Assembly: GCA_964016885.1 (NCBI GenBank)
Contig: OZ024759.1
Coordinates: 434,001 to 498,000, forward strand
DNA length: 64,000 nt
Direction of reading: 5' to 3'
From: Eledone cirrhosa
Taxonomy: Eukaryota
Below the pieces are notes generated by a model that did no database searches, was not told the origin of the DNA, and saw nothing but the letters and a program-made list of their open reading frames with translations. Below are positions 61,201 to 64,000 of the stretch, in pieces. A program made the position numbers and the translations under genes. Within the stretch, counting starts at the first letter, position 1, and each line of letters begins with the position of its first letter.

Positions 61201-63790
61201 ATTAGTAACATGACAGTCTATATTAGTAACATGACAAAGTCTATATTAGTAGCATGACAAAGTCTATATTAGTAACATGACACAGTCTATATTAGTAACA
61301 TGACAATCTATATTAGTAACATGACACAGTCTATATTAGTAACATGACAAAGTCTATATTAGTAACATGACAGTCTATATTAGTAACATGACACAGTCTA
61401 TATTAGTAACATGACAAAGTCTATATTAGTAGCATGACAAAGTCTATATTAGTAACATGACAGTCTATATTAGTAACATGACAAAGTCTATATTAGTAGC
61501 ATGACAAAGTCTATATTAGTAGCATGACACAGTCTATATTAGTAACATGACACAGTCTATATCCAGTAACATGACACAGTCTATATTAGTAACATGACAA
61601 AGTCTATATTAGTAGCATGACAAAGTCTATATTAGTAACATGACAAAGTCTATATTAGTAACATGACACAGTCTATATTAGTAGCATGACAAAGTCTATA
61701 TTAGTAACATGACAAAGTCTATATTAGTAGCATGACACAGTCTATATTAGTAACATGACACAGTCTATATTAGTAACATGACAGTCTATATTAGTAACAT
61801 GACAAAGTCTATATTAGTAGCATGACAAAGTCTATATTAGTAACATGACACAGTCTATATTAGTAACATTACAGTCTATATTAGTAACATGACACAGTCT
61901 ATATTAGTAACATGACGAAGTCTATATTAGTAGCATGACAAAGTCTATATTAGTAACATGACAGTCTATATTAGTAACATGACAAAGTCTATATTAGTAG
62001 CATTTACAAAGTCTATATTAGTAGCATGACACAGTCTATATTAGTAACATGACACAGTCTATATTAGTAACATGACACAGTCTATATTAGTAACATGACA
62101 AAGTCTATATTAGTAACATGACAAAGTCTATATTAGTAACATGAAACAGTCTATATTAGTAACATGACAATGTCTATATTAGTAGCATGACAAAGTCTAT
62201 ATTAGTAGCATGACACAGTCTATATTAGTAACATGACACAGTCTATATTAGTAACATGACACAGTCTATATTAGTAAAATGACAAAGTCTATATTAGTAG
62301 CATGACAAAGTCTATATTAGTAACATGACAAAGTCTATATTAGTAACATGACACAGTCTATATTAGTAACATGACAAAGTCTATATTAGTAACATGACAA
62401 AGTCTATATTAGTAACATGAAACAGTCTATATTAGTAACATGACAAAGTCTATATTAGTAACATGACACTGTCTATATTAGTAACTTGACAAAGTCTATA
62501 TTAGTAACATGACACAGTCTATATTAGTAACATGACACAGTCTATATTAGTAACATGACAAAGTCTATATTAGTAGCATGACAAAGTCTATATTAGTAAC
62601 ATGACAAAGTCTATATTAGTAACATGACACAGTCTATATTAGTAACATGACAAAGACTATATTAGTAACATGACACAGTCTATATTAGTAACATGACAAA
62701 GTCTATATTAGTAACATGACAGTCTATATTAGTAACATGACAGTCTATATTAGTAGCATGACAAAGTGTATATTAGTAACATGACAAAGTCATATTAGTA
62801 ACATGACACAGTCTATATTAGTAACATGACAAAGTCTATATTAGTAACATGACACAGTCTATATTAGTAACATGACACAGTCTATATTAGTAACATGACA
62901 AAGTCTATATTAGTAACATGACAAAGTCTATATTAGTAACATGACACAGTCTATATTAGTAACATGACACAGTCTATATTAGTAACATGACATAGTCTAT
63001 ATTAGTAACATGACAAAGTCTATATTAGTAACATGACAGTCTATATTGTAACATGATACAGTCTATATTAGTAACATGACACAGTCTATATTAGTAACAT
63101 GACAGTCTATATTAGTAACATGACAAAGTCTATATTAGTAACATGACAAAGTCTATATTAGTAACATGACAAAGTCTATATTAGTAACATGACAAAGTCT
63201 ATATTAGTAACTTGACACAGTCTATATTAGTAACATGACATAGTCTATATTAGTAACATGACAAAGTCTATATTAGTAGCATGACACAGTCTATATTAGT
63301 AACATGACACAGTCTATATTAGTAACATGACAGTCTATATTAGTAACATGACAAAGTCTATATTAGTAGCATGACAAAGTCTATATTAGTAACATGACAC
63401 AGTCTATATTAGTAACATGACAATCTATATTAGTAACATGACACAGTCTATATTAGTAACATGACAAAGTCTATATTAGTAACATGACAGTCTATATTAG
63501 TAACATGACACAGTCTATATTAGTAACATGACAAAGTCTATATTAGTAGCATGACAAAGTCTATATTAGTAACATGACAGTCTATATTAGTAACATGACA
63601 AAGTCTATATTAGTAGCATGACAAAGTCTATATTAGTAGCATGACACAGTCTATATTAGTAACATGACACAGTCTATATCCAGTAACATGACACAGTCTA
63701 TATTAGTAACATGACAAAGTCTATATTAGTAGCATGACAAAGTCTATATTAGTAACATGACAAAGTCTATATTAGTAACATGACACAGTC
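57430..63790. repeat. Three-copy higher-order repeat, period 2117 bp
   Basis: GCATTTAC at 57767/59884/62001; AGTGTAT at 58534/60651/62768; TATCCAG at 59446/61563/63680. All steps are 2117. Confidence 0.92.
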
Positions 63791-64000
63791 TATATTAGTA
63801 ACATGACAAAGTCTATATTAGTAACATGACAAAGTCTATATTAGTAACATGAAACAGTCTATATTAGTAACATGACAAAGTCTATATTAGTAACATGACA
63901 CTGTCTATATTAGTAACTTGACAAAGTCTATATTAGTAACATGACACAGTCTATATTAGTAAAATGACACAGTCTATATTAGTAACATGACAAAGTCTAT

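Larger units (their letters stand above)
1..64000. repeat. Satellite/large minisatellite array of 23-bp monomer ATTAGTAACATGACA[C/A]AGTCTAT, head-to-tail, running off both window ends
   Basis: The monomer is directly visible from base 1 (attagtaacatgacacagtctat) to base 64000 in one orientation. Only substitutions and 1-2 bp indels interrupt it. Confidence 0.99.

Noticed and set aside
1-64000. CRISPR array (23-bp repeat with weak dyad symmetry)
   Set aside because: Repeats are directly adjacent with no unique spacers. There is no leader and no cas gene. Variation is limited to point changes.
1-64000. Protein-coding ORFs (ATG in every monomer)
   Set aside because: The plus-strand monomer has TAG, TAA and TGA; the minus-strand monomer has TAG and TAA. 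The 23-bp period rotates the stops through all frames, so ORFs span only a few monomers.
1-64000. Repetitive protein on the minus strand under a TAA/TAG-reassigned genetic code (the consensus has no minus-strand TGA)
   Set aside because: Frequent 21-, 22- and 24-bp monomers change the frame pattern without compensation, the period is not a multiple of 3, and there is no non-repetitive coding context or evidence of such a code.
1-64000. Telomerase-made long telomeric repeat (as in 23-bp Candida-type repeats; TTAG motif present)
   Set aside because: There is no G-rich strand or GG/GGG run. Variants are inherited in kilobase blocks, indicating duplication rather than templated addition, and no terminus is visible.
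1-64000. Information-bearing code or synthetic data storage in the order of monomer variants
   Set aside because: The variant order is explained by nested tandem duplication and scattered mutation. I saw no framing, primer or index structure.
1-64000. Rolling-circle/MDA concatemer or low-complexity sequencing artefact
   Set aside because: Rare variants recur at many different exact kilobase offsets with a nested history, which random error or a single circular template would not produce. Misassembly of individual blocks is still possible.
1-64000. Promoter elements (TATATT, TATA- or -10-like hexamers) or iterons
   Set aside because: These are incidental to the AT-rich monomer. There is no downstream gene, rep gene or origin context.

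Overview
The whole 64 kb window is one uninterrupted, head-to-tail, AT-rich tandem repeat array, with no unique sequence, inversion or array edge that I could see. The monomer is 23 bp, consensus ATTAGTAACATGACA[C/A]AGTCTAT. That gives 26-30% GC per monomer and roughly 2,800 copies, estimated from length. Common variants are a 21-bp monomer (GACAGTC), AGTAGC for AGTAAC, and rarer 22- and 24-bp indel monomers. I found no protein-coding genes, RNA genes, mobile elements or CRISPR arrays. The monomer carries stop codons on both strands and there are no spacers. The informative structure lies in the rare variants, which recur at fixed spacings. They reveal overlapping kilobase-scale tandem duplications with hand-measured periods of 2311, 2505, 2184-2207, 2728, 4662, 8452, 4347, 2144 and 2117 bp. 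They also show a left-to-right turnover of diagnostic variants, with a transition near 20-22 kb. This fits a eukaryotic-type satellite or large minisatellite expanding by local duplication. I cannot identify the organism or repeat family, and I see no support for a novel gene system. Block boundaries are approximate (about +/-100 bp), because I placed them by eye from marker variants.
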